Shown here: positions 50,312 through 60,474 of the stretch, piece after piece
Position numbering within the stretch: the stretch's first letter is position 1
How the letters are laid out: the number at the start of each line of letters is the position of its first letter
Assembly (NCBI GenBank): GCA_047971215.1
Contig: JBKDZI010000025.1
Span: forward strand, 8,704-72,703
Direction: 5' to 3'
Length of the DNA: 64,000 bases
Source: Bacilli bacterium
Lineage (GTDB): Bacteria; Bacillota_I; Bacilli_A; RF39; JBKDZI01
Notes under the pieces: model-generated
What the model saw: only the letters and a program-made list of their open reading frames with translations
What the model was told of the DNA's origin: nothing
Database searches by the model: none
Program-made: the position numbers and the translations under genes

Positions 50312-50683
50312 ATGAATTATTCTATTCAAAGAAACTTAATTTTAGAAGAAGTTAAAAATAGATGTGATCATCCAACAGCTGAGATAATTTATGAATCAAT
50401 AAAATTAAAATTACCAAATATTAGTCTTGGAACAGTATATAGAAATTTATCAAAATTATCAGATTTAGATTTAATAAATCGAGTTACTATTCCAAATTCT
50501 AAAGATAGATTTGATAAAACATTATTACATCATAGTCATTTTATTTGTTCAAATTGTGGTATTGTTTATGATTTATTTGAAATTGATAATAAAAGTATAA
50601 TTAATACAATTGAAAAAACAAAAGAATATAATGTTAAAGATTTGTCATTAACAGTAAGTGGTACTTGCGCAAAATGTACATAA
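50312..50683 (+). CDS. Fur-family transcriptional regulator (PerR/Fur/Zur-like)
   Basis: An HTH is followed by HHSHFIC and by CSNCG...CAKC metal-binding motifs. An RBS GGAGGG is present. Confidence 0.7.
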   Translation: MNYSIQRNLILEEVKNRCDHPTAEIIYESIKLKLPNISLGTVYRNLSKLSDLDLINRVTIPNSKDRFDKTLLHHSHFICSNCGIVYDLFEIDNKSIINTIEKTKEYNVKDLSLTVSGTCAKCT

Positions 50684-50690
50684 TTTTAGA

Positions 50691-50715
50691 ATAAAATCCT
50701 ACATGGATTTTTTTG
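50691..50715 (+). terminator. Rho-independent terminator
   Basis: The hairpin AAATCC-tacat-GGATTT is followed by a T-run. Confidence 0.55.
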
Positions 50716-50829
50716 TTCATAATTTTTGCATTTAGAAATATATTATTATTTAAGAGCAAGTTTTCTTTTTTATAAAAGATTTATTCTTATAAAATAATAT
50801 GATATAATTGAAAAGGTAGAGGTGACAAA

Positions 50830-51108
50830 ATGGAAAATAAACAGGTTTTATATATTGCTAATATAGCAAAATTAAATGTTAATGAAGAAAATATTAATAA
50901 TTATAAAAATAAACTAGAAATTCTTATTGATGAATTAGATAAAATTATAAAATTAGATATGACTTCTAAAAAAGTATTTTCTACAACAGATAATTTGAAT
51001 AAATTTAATGTATTAGATATAGAAAAAGTTGATAAAAAAGTATTGTTTAAAAGTATTAAAAATGAAAATGAAGATTATATAGAAACAGTGAAGGTGCTGC
51101 ATGACTAA
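50830..51108 (+). CDS. gatC: Glu-tRNA(Gln)/Asp-tRNA(Asn) amidotransferase subunit C
   Basis: A 92-aa protein precedes gatA and gatB in a conserved operon arrangement. Confidence 0.8.
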   Translation: MENKQVLYIANIAKLNVNEENINNYKNKLEILIDELDKIIKLDMTSKKVFSTTDNLNKFNVLDIEKVDKKVLFKSIKNENEDYIETVKVLHD

Positions 51109-52525
51109 TTATTTAGATTTGAGTTTAGAACAAATACATAATAAACTTAAGAAAAAATTAATAAAACCAATTGATCTTGTAAATGAGGCATTTGAAAAAA
51201 TAGAAAAAGAAGATTATAATGCGTTTATTACATTATGTAAAAAAGATGCTATACAAAAAGCTATAGAACTTGAAAATAAAGAAGTTGATAATCTTTTTTT
51301 TGGTATACCAATTACCGTAAAAGATATATTTTGTACTAAAGGTGTTAAAACTACTTGTGGATCTAAGATGCTTGAAAATTTTGTTCCAATTTATGATGCT
51401 ACTGTAATAAAATTTATAAAAGACGCTAATATGATTATTATAGGAAAAACTAATATGGATGAATTTGCTATGGGAGCAAGTGGAGAGACTAGTTATTTTG
51501 GAGCAACAAAAAATCCTTTTGATTTAAATTACATTACTGGTGGTTCTTCATCTGGTTCAGCTGCAACAGTTTCAAGTAAAATTTCTTCAATTTCTATTGG
51601 CACAGATACTGGAGGGTCAGTTAGACAACCTGCAAGTTATACTGGTTGTGTAGGAATGAAACCAACTTATGGTAGAATTTCTAGATATGGTGTTATTGCT
51701 TATGCATCATCTTTAGATCATGTTGGAATTTTTTCAAATAATGTAAAAGATAATGCTCACATGTTAAATTTATTATCTAAAGACTGTTATAATGATTTAA
51801 CTAAATTTGAAACAAATGAAGATTTTACTTTAGAATTAGAAAAGTCTAAAAAATTTAAAATTGCAGTTCCTAACTTTTTTGTTGGTGATATAGTTGATGA
51901 AAAAATTAAAAACTCAATAAATAAAATAATTAATTTATTAAAAGAAAACAATTATTCAATTGATTATATTGATATGCCTTATTTAAATCATTCAGTTACT
52001 TTATATCAAATAATTTCAATGGGAGAAGCTAGTAGTAATCTTGCGAGATTCGATGGAATTAAATATGGTTTTAAACCAGAAAATGTTACTAATTTAAATG
52101 AATTAATTAAAGAAACTAGATCTAATGGTTTTGGAGAAGAAGTAAAAATGCGTCTTATGATTGGGGCCTATATTTTATCAAGTGAAAATGCTCATATATA
52201 TTATGAAAAAGCTTTGAAACTTCGTGGAACAATTATAAATTCTTTTAATAAAGTATTTGAAGAATATGATTTGATAATTGGACCAGTTACAGCTAGTATG
52301 CCTTCAAAAATAGGAGATAATGATGGAAATCCAATAAAAAGTTTTTACGATGATTTATTTACAATACCAGCAAATTTGTGCGGTCTTCCAGCAATTTCAC
52401 TTCCTATAAATAAAAATCAATTTCCTATTGGTCTTCAAATTATTGGAAATAAATATAAAGAAAATGATGTATATAATTTAGCCCATTTTATAGAAACTTT
52501 AGTCAAAGGAGGAGCAAATGATTAA
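51101..52525 (+). CDS. gatA: Glu-tRNA(Gln) amidotransferase subunit A
   Basis: The amidase signature GGSSSGSAATV and the Ser-cisSer-Lys triad region are present. Confidence 0.9.
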   Translation: MTNYLDLSLEQIHNKLKKKLIKPIDLVNEAFEKIEKEDYNAFITLCKKDAIQKAIELENKEVDNLFFGIPITVKDIFCTKGVKTTCGSKMLENFVPIYDATVIKFIKDANMIIIGKTNMDEFAMGASGETSYFGATKNPFDLNYITGGSSSGSAATVSSKISSISIGTDTGGSVRQPASYTGCVGMKPTYGRISRYGVIAYASSLDHVGIFSNNVKDNAHMLNLLSKDCYNDLTKFETNEDFTLELEKSKKFKIAVPNFFVGDIVDEKIKNSINKIINLLKENNYSIDYIDMPYLNHSVTLYQIISMGEASSNLARFDGIKYGFKPENVTNLNELIKETRSNGFGEEVKMRLMIGAYILSSENAHIYYEKALKLRGTIINSFNKVFEEYDLIIGPVTASMPSKIGDNDGNPIKSFYDDLFTIPANLCGLPAISLPINKNQFPIGLQIIGNKYKENDVYNLAHFIETLVKGGAND

Positions 52526-53927
52526 AACAATTGGTATTGAAGTTCATCTTGCTTTAAAAACAAAAGAAAAAGCCTTTTCTAACAGTGTAAATGCTAATTT
52601 GGATGTTCCAAATAGTAATTTTAATTTAATAGATTTTGGATATCCTGGAACTCTTCCACTTATAAATAAAGAAATAATTGATAGTGGATTAAAAATGGCT
52701 TTAGCTCTTAATTGTAAAATTAATAAAGAAATGCATTTTGATAGAAAAAATTATTTTTATGCTGATTTACCTAAAGGATATCAAATAACTCAAAATAAAA
52801 CTCCAATTGGATATGATGGTTATGTTGAAATTTATGTAGATGGACAATTAAAAAAAATTGATATTGAAAGAATTCATATTGAAGAAGATACTGCTAAAAG
52901 CATTCACAATGTAAATAGTACTTATTTAGATTATAATAGATGTGGTACTCCACTTTTAGAAATTGTTACAAAAGCAGTTATTAAAGATGAAAAAGAGGCA
53001 GTAGCTTATCTTGAAACTTTAAAAAATATCGCTTTATTTTTAAATATTAGTGATTGTAAAATTGAAGAAGGTTCAATGAGATGTGATACAAATATTTCAC
53101 TTAGAAAAAATGAAGATGACCCTCTTGGTAATAAAGTTGAAATTAAAAATATTGGTTCATTTAGTGAAGTTGCTTTAAGTATAATTTTTGAAGAAAAAAG
53201 ACAACGTGAATTAATTGAATCTGGTAAAATTGTTGAAGTTGAAACAAGAAGAATTAGTGGTAAAGAAACTCTTCCAATGAGAAAAAAAGAAAAAGGAAAC
53301 GAATATAAATATCATGAAGAACCAGATGTTCCTAAGATTATTTTAAGTGATGAAAAAATATCAACAATGAAAGATGAGGTGAAATTACTTCCTATTAATT
53401 TACATAAAAAATATAAAGATTTTGGATTAAATGATATAATTATTGGTGCTCTTATGAGTAATATTCAGCTTTTAAAATTTTATGAAAAAGTCTTAGAAAC
53501 CAAAGCAGATTATTTAAAATCTGCAAACGTATTATGTAATAATGTACTTAGTTATTTAAATGAAAAAAAATTATTAATTAGTGAAACTAATTTAAAAGTA
53601 GAAGATTTTTCTAAATTAATAAATAAATTAACAGATAATAAAATTAATAATAATATGGCAAAAGATATTATTTTAAAGTTAATTAAAGAGCCTAAAACTA
53701 TAGAAGAAATTCTCAATTGTGATGAATATAAAATATTAGATGAAAGCGAAATTGTTTCTATTATTGAAAAAATAATTGAAGAAAATCCATCATCTGTTGA
53801 AGATCATAAAAATGGTCTTAGTAAAGCAATGAAATTTTTAATGGGACAAGTAATGAAACAAACAAAAGGTAAAGTTGATGCAAAACGTGCAAATGAACTT
53901 TTATTTAATTGTTTATCAAAATATTAA
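52518..53927 (+). CDS. gatB: Glu-tRNA(Gln) amidotransferase subunit B
   Basis: The GatB N-terminal catalytic domain (MRCDTNISL) and the C-terminal YqeY-like domain are present. Confidence 0.9.
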   Translation: MIKTIGIEVHLALKTKEKAFSNSVNANLDVPNSNFNLIDFGYPGTLPLINKEIIDSGLKMALALNCKINKEMHFDRKNYFYADLPKGYQITQNKTPIGYDGYVEIYVDGQLKKIDIERIHIEEDTAKSIHNVNSTYLDYNRCGTPLLEIVTKAVIKDEKEAVAYLETLKNIALFLNISDCKIEEGSMRCDTNISLRKNEDDPLGNKVEIKNIGSFSEVALSIIFEEKRQRELIESGKIVEVETRRISGKETLPMRKKEKGNEYKYHEEPDVPKIILSDEKISTMKDEVKLLPINLHKKYKDFGLNDIIIGALMSNIQLLKFYEKVLETKADYLKSANVLCNNVLSYLNEKKLLISETNLKVEDFSKLINKLTDNKINNNMAKDIILKLIKEPKTIEEILNCDEYKILDESEIVSIIEKIIEENPSSVEDHKNGLSKAMKFLMGQVMKQTKGKVDAKRANELLFNCLSKY

Positions 53928-53972
53928 TTTGATTATTTTTAAACTTTAAAGTATAATTATAAAGAGGTGTGT

Positions 53973-54437
53973 ATGAGAAAATTTATAAAAAGAAATATGC
54001 TTATAATTGGTATGTGTTGTTTTCTATTTTTAGTATTTATATTTTTTATGATTGTTTTGTCATTGTTTTGGCCAAATAAAAGTGTATCTTTATATGGTAA
54101 TAGATTAGATGATATAAAAAAAATTGAATTAGATTCTAATTTACAAACAACTTTGGAATCAAATTTTTCAGATTATAATGTAAAAAGCAGCTATAATATA
54201 GAAGGTAGATTAATTGATGTTTCTTTAAAGTTAAACAATTATGTAGATGAAAGTAAAGCAATGACTGATTTTAGCGAAATTGTTTTAAATTCTTTAAGTG
54301 ATGAAGTTAAGAATTATTATGATATTGAATTATTTATAACTTATGTTGATGCTGAAAAAACAGAAGAATCTGATAAATCTTATGTTAAAATAGGTTATAA
54401 AAACAAAAATAGTAGTAGGATGGTGTTTGCAAAATGA
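53973..54437 (+). CDS. Hypothetical membrane-anchored protein
   Basis: An N-terminal TM helix is present with no known motif. The ORF overlaps the start of the downstream sensor gene. Confidence 0.3.
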   Translation: MRKFIKRNMLIIGMCCFLFLVFIFFMIVLSLFWPNKSVSLYGNRLDDIKKIELDSNLQTTLESNFSDYNVKSSYNIEGRLIDVSLKLNNYVDESKAMTDFSEIVLNSLSDEVKNYYDIELFITYVDAEKTEESDKSYVKIGYKNKNSSRMVFAK

Positions 54438-56437
54438 AAAATCGAAAGTTACTAGCATTAGTAATAGTAGCATTAGTTTTAATTACTAGTGTTGTAATTG
54501 TTACTTTTTTTCTAAATCCAAGTGATGAAACAAATCTCAGTATTCTAGATAAAAAATGGATAGAAGAAAATAAAAATACTATTATTGATAGTTCAATTAT
54601 TAACAATGTTTCGGTTATAAGTAACGAAGGAGAGGGCTTAATATTTGATTTTATTAATTTTATAGAAGCGGATACTGGTCTTGAATTTAACAAAACTGCC
54701 CACGATACTTATTCTAGTGATACAAAAGGTGATGTTGTAATTACTAAAGTAGATACATATAACGCTAATGATTTATTACTTTATGAGGATGAATATGTAT
54801 TTATTGGAAAAGAAGATAAATTATATAATGAATTAACAAGTTTTAATGATAAAAATATTGGTATTATTAAATCAAAAGAATCAGAAGCTTCTATAAAATT
54901 ATCCGATATAAATATAAAATTTTATGATACTTATGAACAAATGAAAATTGCTTTTGATTATAAAGAAATAGATTTTTTCATGGTTCCAAGAATTAGTTAT
55001 ATAGAAAATATGATTAATCAAAATTTGTTTATTAACTATGTTGTTCTTGATATTAATGATTATTATGTGATTAAATTAGATACCAAAAATGAAAAACTTA
55101 ATAATATAATAACTAAAGAATTTAATTTTTTCAAAAATAATAAACAAAAAAAATTGTTAAATTCTCATATTTATAATATATATATAACCGCTAAAAATAT
55201 AACAGAATTAGAACTAACAAATATGAAATCAGTAGTTTATAATTATGGTTACATAGAAAATAGACCCTATGATAGTTTAACTAATAATTTTATAAATAAA
55301 AATATAATTAATGATTTTAGTAAATTTGCAGAAGTAGATATTAAATTTAGTGAATTTAATTCAATTGAAGCTTTAAATAAAAAATTTAATGATAAAACTT
55401 TAGAAATTACTACTAATATGTATTCAAAAACAAATGAAAAATATATTACAAGTATTTCAATATTGACAGAAGATTTAGTAGTTATTACACATTTTGAAAA
55501 TGAATTTTCAATAAATAATATTAATTCTTTAAGTGGTAAAGAAGTTAAAACACTTAATATGGAAACGTTTAATGTATTAGAAAATATTGAAGATATAAAT
55601 TTAATTAAATATAGCACTATACATGAACTTAAAAATAATATTAATAAAGATAGTATTATTGTATTAGATAAAAATGTATATAATTATTATAAAATACAGT
55701 ACTTTAAAGATTATAATATTATATTTGATAATAATAATTTTAATGTTAATTTTTTATTTAATAGTAAATACTCAAATTTAACAGATTTATTTAATTTCTT
55801 TATAAGAATGCAAAATATGAAAAAATATATGAACTATCAAAATGAAATAAATCAAAGTGATATTATAAATATTGCATTGCCTAAAAAAACTATAGGTATA
55901 TTTATAATAGTAGTAATAGTAGTAACAACTTTATTAATTTTAGTAGGTTCTGTTTTTAAACAAAATAAAAAAATATCAAAAATTGATAAGATAAAATATA
56001 TGGATTCTTTAACATCATTAAAAAATAGATCATTTTTAAATGAACATGTTGAAATTTGGGATAAATCTGAAAGTTTCCCTCAAGCAGTAGTAATAATTGA
56101 TTTAAATAACATTCAATTTATTAATGATTCTCATGGTCATGATGAAGGGGATTTAGTTATTGGTAAAGCTGCAAATATTCTTATTAATGAACAATTACCA
56201 AATTCTGAAATTATTAGAACAGATGGGAATGAATTTTTAATTTATCTTATTGGATATACTGATAAACAAATTATGGTGTTCTTAAAGAAAATTTATAGAA
56301 ATTTAAAAGCTCTTCCATATGGTCATGGTGCCTCTTTAGGTTATAGTATGAGAGAAAATAGTTCTAAAACTATTGAAGATACTATTAATGAAGCAACTAT
56401 TTCAATGAAAGAAAATAAAAAATATGAAAAAAGGTAA
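54434..56437 (+). CDS. Membrane sensor protein with an extracytoplasmic solute-binding-like domain and a degenerate GGDEF domain
   Basis: A signal anchor is followed by a roughly 450-aa periplasmic region and a TM helix. The GGDEF-like domain reads FINDSHGHDEGD...RTDGNEFLIYL, with DGNEF replacing GGDEF. Confidence 0.55.
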   Translation: MKNRKLLALVIVALVLITSVVIVTFFLNPSDETNLSILDKKWIEENKNTIIDSSIINNVSVISNEGEGLIFDFINFIEADTGLEFNKTAHDTYSSDTKGDVVITKVDTYNANDLLLYEDEYVFIGKEDKLYNELTSFNDKNIGIIKSKESEASIKLSDINIKFYDTYEQMKIAFDYKEIDFFMVPRISYIENMINQNLFINYVVLDINDYYVIKLDTKNEKLNNIITKEFNFFKNNKQKKLLNSHIYNIYITAKNITELELTNMKSVVYNYGYIENRPYDSLTNNFINKNIINDFSKFAEVDIKFSEFNSIEALNKKFNDKTLEITTNMYSKTNEKYITSISILTEDLVVITHFENEFSINNINSLSGKEVKTLNMETFNVLENIEDINLIKYSTIHELKNNINKDSIIVLDKNVYNYYKIQYFKDYNIIFDNNNFNVNFLFNSKYSNLTDLFNFFIRMQNMKKYMNYQNEINQSDIINIALPKKTIGIFIIVVIVVTTLLILVGSVFKQNKKISKIDKIKYMDSLTSLKNRSFLNEHVEIWDKSESFPQAVVIIDLNNIQFINDSHGHDEGDLVIGKAANILINEQLPNSEIIRTDGNEFLIYLIGYTDKQIMVFLKKIYRNLKALPYGHGASLGYSMRENSSKTIEDTINEATISMKENKKYEKR

Positions 56438-57287
56438 AAATACAAGAAAATTTATAATAATTTATGAATTTTTTAAGAGAATTTCACAATTACCAGTAAC
56501 GAAATTTCTACCTGGTCATATGGCATTTTCTTTAACTTTATCAATCATTCCACTTTTAACAGCTATATTTGTAATAACATCTGCTTTTTCACTTCAAAAT
56601 AAATATATTTTTGAGTTATTAAATGAAGTATTTGATGAAAAAACTGTAACTTCTTTTCAAAATATGGTACAAGGTGATGGTACTTTTATTAGTTCTATTT
56701 TATTTATTATAATCTCAATATATTTTGCATCAAAAGTTATGAGGTCAGTTATTACAGCTTCAAACTATTTATATGATAGGAGTTATTTAAATTATATTAA
56801 AACACTTTTAAAATCATATTTTTTAACTTTAATTTTATTATTAACTTTTATAATTGGTACTTTTATTCCATTGTTATTAGATGTGTTTTATACAATAATG
56901 AAATCTATTCCATTTTTAGGTAGTTTTTATACAAGCATTGCAGGTTATTTAGATACACTTAACATAATTAAATTACCAATTGTATACATATATATATATT
57001 TTAGTGTTAAAACAATGTATTTAGTAACGCCAACAGGTGGATTAAAAAGTAAAGAAGTAAGAATTGGAGCTATTTTAGTTTCATTCTTTTGGTTAATTAC
57101 AACGTATGGTTATTCATTTTATTTAACTAATATGGCAGATTATAGTGCAGTTTATGGTTCTATTAGTGCAATTATAATATTATTATTATGGATTTATTCA
57201 CTATCATATATTTTTATACTTGGACTTGTAATTAATAATCAAATTAAAGAACAAGGAAGTATATTTAATTTTAAAAAGTACGTATAA
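56424..57287 (+). CDS. YihY/BrkB family membrane protein
   Basis: Six TM helices are present. The family pattern is recognised by eye. Confidence 0.5.
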   Translation: MKKGKNTRKFIIIYEFFKRISQLPVTKFLPGHMAFSLTLSIIPLLTAIFVITSAFSLQNKYIFELLNEVFDEKTVTSFQNMVQGDGTFISSILFIIISIYFASKVMRSVITASNYLYDRSYLNYIKTLLKSYFLTLILLLTFIIGTFIPLLLDVFYTIMKSIPFLGSFYTSIAGYLDTLNIIKLPIVYIYIYFSVKTMYLVTPTGGLKSKEVRIGAILVSFFWLITTYGYSFYLTNMADYSAVYGSISAIIILLLWIYSLSYIFILGLVINNQIKEQGSIFNFKKYV

Positions 57288-57370
57288 AATATAATATATT
57301 TTCCATAATATTTGTGGATATATAATTTATATATATCTACGACTACATTTAATATGTGGCTTTTAAGTAA

Positions 57371-57396
57371 AGTAGGTTTAATTCCTACTTTTTTAT
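57371..57396 (+). terminator. Rho-independent terminator
   Basis: The hairpin AGTAGG-tttaatt-CCTACT is followed by TTTTTT. Confidence 0.55.
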
Positions 57397-57440
57397 TGTA
57401 AAAAAAGATTGTATAATATATACTTATACTAGGTGATGTT

Positions 57441-58865
57441 ATGAAGAATAAAAGTGGATTTACTTTAATTGAAATGCTTGGAGTAATAGTAGTGCTTAGT
57501 GTAATTATGGCATTTGCACTACCAAATGTTATAAATATTGAAAGAAAATTAGATAAAAGTAATAAAATAAAAATAAATGAAATGATTTATATGGCAGCTA
57601 GTAGATACATTGAAGCTGATGAAAACATGCTTAATGTTATAAGTGGTATGTCAAATAATAATTGTAATAGCTATATTTCTATCTCATTAAATACTTTAAT
57701 TGATAAAGGATACCTTAGAAAACCTATTATTAATTATTCTAATAATAACGAAATAGATTATGATTTAGCTGTAAAAATTACAAAAAAAGATGATAATACA
57801 TTAAATTATTCTTTTCCTGTAGCAGAATTAGATTATATTCCAAATAGTAATAATATAAGTAAAATAATTCAGTTACCTACAGAAAAAATTGACTCTTTAA
57901 TATTATTAGATAATGGAGATGTATTTGCTAATGGAGCAAATACAAATTATAGATTTGGAGTTGAATCTACTTCATTAACTAATTATGAAAAATTAAATTT
58001 AAGTAATATAAGTAAAATTTCTTCTTCAAATGACTTCTCACTATTTTTAGCAGAAAATGGATCTGGTTTTGCAGTAGGAAATAATTCTAATAATCAAATG
58101 GGTGGATACATTTCTAAAGGAATAGAACAAAATATAGTACCATTATCTTATGCTAAAGATAATTTTGCTATTATTGATATAGCTGCTTCTACTAATTTTT
58201 CAGCATTAGTTGATAAAGAAGGCGATTTATATGTTACTGGAGTAAATACTACTGGTCAACTTGGAACAGGAGATAATAATAATCTTACAACTTATACTAA
58301 AGTTGCAAGTAATGTTAAAAGTGTTGCAGCAGGGGATTTTAGTTTATTTTATATAGATAATGATAATAAATTATATGCTACTGGTATTAATACCAATGGT
58401 CAACTTGGTATTAATAATGGAAACTTAAGTGTTAATTCTTTTACTTTTGTTGATAATGATGTTACAAAAGTAGATAGTTCAAATGTAGCTACAATTTATC
58501 AAAAAACTGATGGTACACTTTATGGCGTTGGTAAAACAAATGCAGGAATTGGTATTATAAGTACTAAGGAAAATATAGAAATTCCAACAAAAATTAATTT
58601 AGGTAATGTGGTTGATTTTGATATAAGTGGATCTGGAACATTGTTTCTAACAAAAAATGGTAATCTTTATGCCTCTGGAACAGATTCTTCTTCAAGCGGT
58701 CAATTTGGACTTGCTAATAAAGGTTTAACTTTAAGTGAACCAACTTTAATTAATACTAATGTAAAAGAAATTAGTAATTCCAGTACTAATTCTATGATTT
58801 TATTTAAAAATGGTTTATTGAAAGTAAATTCAAAAACAGAAGACTTTTCTGAAATATGTTTTTAG
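57441..58865 (+). CDS. Prepilin-type N-terminal cleavage/methylation domain protein fused to RCC1-like repeats
   Basis: The N-terminus KSGFTLIEMLGVIVVLSVIMAF is a class III signal peptide. Downstream are repeated ...TGxNTxGQLGxG... units (TGVNTTGQLGTGDNNN, TGINTNGQLGINNGN, ASGTDSSSSGQFGLANKG) typical of RCC1 blades. Confidence 0.5.
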   Translation: MKNKSGFTLIEMLGVIVVLSVIMAFALPNVINIERKLDKSNKIKINEMIYMAASRYIEADENMLNVISGMSNNNCNSYISISLNTLIDKGYLRKPIINYSNNNEIDYDLAVKITKKDDNTLNYSFPVAELDYIPNSNNISKIIQLPTEKIDSLILLDNGDVFANGANTNYRFGVESTSLTNYEKLNLSNISKISSSNDFSLFLAENGSGFAVGNNSNNQMGGYISKGIEQNIVPLSYAKDNFAIIDIAASTNFSALVDKEGDLYVTGVNTTGQLGTGDNNNLTTYTKVASNVKSVAAGDFSLFYIDNDNKLYATGINTNGQLGINNGNLSVNSFTFVDNDVTKVDSSNVATIYQKTDGTLYGVGKTNAGIGIISTKENIEIPTKINLGNVVDFDISGSGTLFLTKNGNLYASGTDSSSSGQFGLANKGLTLSEPTLINTNVKEISNSSTNSMILFKNGLLKVNSKTEDFSEICF

Positions 58866-58871
58866 AATAAA

Positions 58872-58906
58872 AATCCCATTTCTTATAAAAAGAGATGGGT
58901 TTTATT
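58872..58906. terminator. Bidirectional terminator between convergent genes
   Basis: The hairpin AAATCCCATTTCT-tataaaaa-GAGATGGGTTTT has T/A runs on both sides. Confidence 0.55.
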
Positions 58907-58909
58907 TTA

Positions 58910-60013
58910 TTAATGAGTATTTTTTGAAGCATTAAATATCATTCCAATCATAAGCATATAAGAAATAAGAGAAGAACCGCCATAACTAATAAATGGAAGA
59001 GTAATACCAGTAATAGGTAAAAGTCCTAAAATCATCCCAATATTTTGAAATTGAGAATATAAAATAATTCCAAAAAAACCAATTATCATATATTTATCTA
59101 TATAATTTTTAATTTTTATTGCAATATCAAGAATTTTTAAATTAAATAAAAATAAAATACTAAGAAAAATAAAGGTGGCTAAAAAACCAAAGTTACTTGC
59201 AAAAACAGCAAAAATATAATCAGTATGTGCCTCGGGAATATAAATATCATTACTTGCAAATCCATGTCCAAACAAATGCCCTGAACCAATAGATGCAATA
59301 GCATTTTCATATTGATACCCAGTACCATCTTTCCAACTCATAATCCGTTCCATTCTATAAAATGAATTTATACCAAAAACTTTTTCAAATAATTGTTGAT
59401 TATATAAAAATGAATAAAATAAAAATGAAACAGCACTAATTATAATTGCACCACCAATTATAAAAAAACGAAGTCTAATACCACTAATAAATAACATAAA
59501 AACAAATATAATTAAGTAAATAAATGTGCTTCCTGTATCAGGTTGTATAAATGTAAGTATTGATGGTATTAAAGTAATTACAAATAATTTCAAAATTAAA
59601 ATTAAATCATTTTTAATACTATTGTTCTTACCTTTAAAATTATCAATTATTTTTGCATTTATAAGTATTAAAATTATTTTCATAAATTCACTAGGTTGAA
59701 AAGAACCAAAAGGAGTAATAAACCATGATGTAGCACCGTTTATAACTTTTCCAAAAAATAATACTAATACAAGAGATAGTATACCTAAAACATATAATAT
59801 GAAACTATATTGATATATAAGCTTATTATTTATTTTAAGAAGAATTAGTACAAGAATAATGCCAAGTCCATACCAAACTAATTGTTTCATATATATTCCT
59901 TGTAATGATTCTTTTAATAAGGAATCTGAGGCATATATGCTCGTAATACTAATTATTATTAAAAGAAATAACAGTATTGTTAAAGATACAGATATTTTAT
60001 ATTTTTTTATCAT
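58910..60013 (-). CDS. SEDS-family protein (second FtsW/RodA paralog)
   Basis: Ten TM helices are present, along with motifs PEAHTDYIFAV and GGSSLISYMLMIG. Confidence 0.8.
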   Translation of the reverse strand: MIKKYKISVSLTILLFLLIIISITSIYASDSLLKESLQGIYMKQLVWYGLGIILVLILLKINNKLIYQYSFILYVLGILSLVLVLFFGKVINGATSWFITPFGSFQPSEFMKIILILINAKIIDNFKGKNNSIKNDLILILKLFVITLIPSILTFIQPDTGSTFIYLIIFVFMLFISGIRLRFFIIGGAIIISAVSFLFYSFLYNQQLFEKVFGINSFYRMERIMSWKDGTGYQYENAIASIGSGHLFGHGFASNDIYIPEAHTDYIFAVFASNFGFLATFIFLSILFLFNLKILDIAIKIKNYIDKYMIIGFFGIILYSQFQNIGMILGLLPITGITLPFISYGGSSLISYMLMIGMIFNASKNTH

Positions 60014-60083
60014 ATTTTCACCAATTTTAGTTTATCATTACTATTTTGTATAATTTGTCATAAAATATTCTAGGAGGGATATT

Positions 60084-60422
60084 ATGAACCAAAAAAAGCC
60101 TAAAATTTATACACCACTTACTAATAAATCTTTTAACAATAATATGGAAAACGCTCAAATATTAAATCAACCAAAAGAAGATGAAAACATAGTATTCAAA
60201 AAAGATGAAACTATAGAAGTTCCAAATATAGAAAATATTCAAAATAAAATAGAAAATATTTTAAATTCAGAATATAGTTTTAACGGAATAAGGAGCCTAA
60301 TTACAACTACAAGTGGTACATATCAAAAAAAGATTGCAAAATTAGTATATGATTCTATTATTACAGTTGATGGTGAAATTATACCGATTGAATTTATTTT
60401 AGATATAGAAAAAATGCAATAA
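60084..60422 (+). CDS. Hypothetical protein
   Basis: This is a 112-aa ORF with a GGAGGG RBS. Confidence 0.3.
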   Translation: MNQKKPKIYTPLTNKSFNNNMENAQILNQPKEDENIVFKKDETIEVPNIENIQNKIENILNSEYSFNGIRSLITTTSGTYQKKIAKLVYDSIITVDGEIIPIEFILDIEKMQ

Positions 60423-60474
60423 AATAAATGGACCAAGTGTCTTTTTATTTTATTGCATTTTTAAATTAATTATG

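Noticed and set aside
57300-57360. Imperfect 12-bp inverted repeat GTGGATATATAA...ATATATATCTAC as an operator
   Set aside because: It is AT-rich low-complexity sequence, and such palindromes are frequent by chance here. It is noted but not called.
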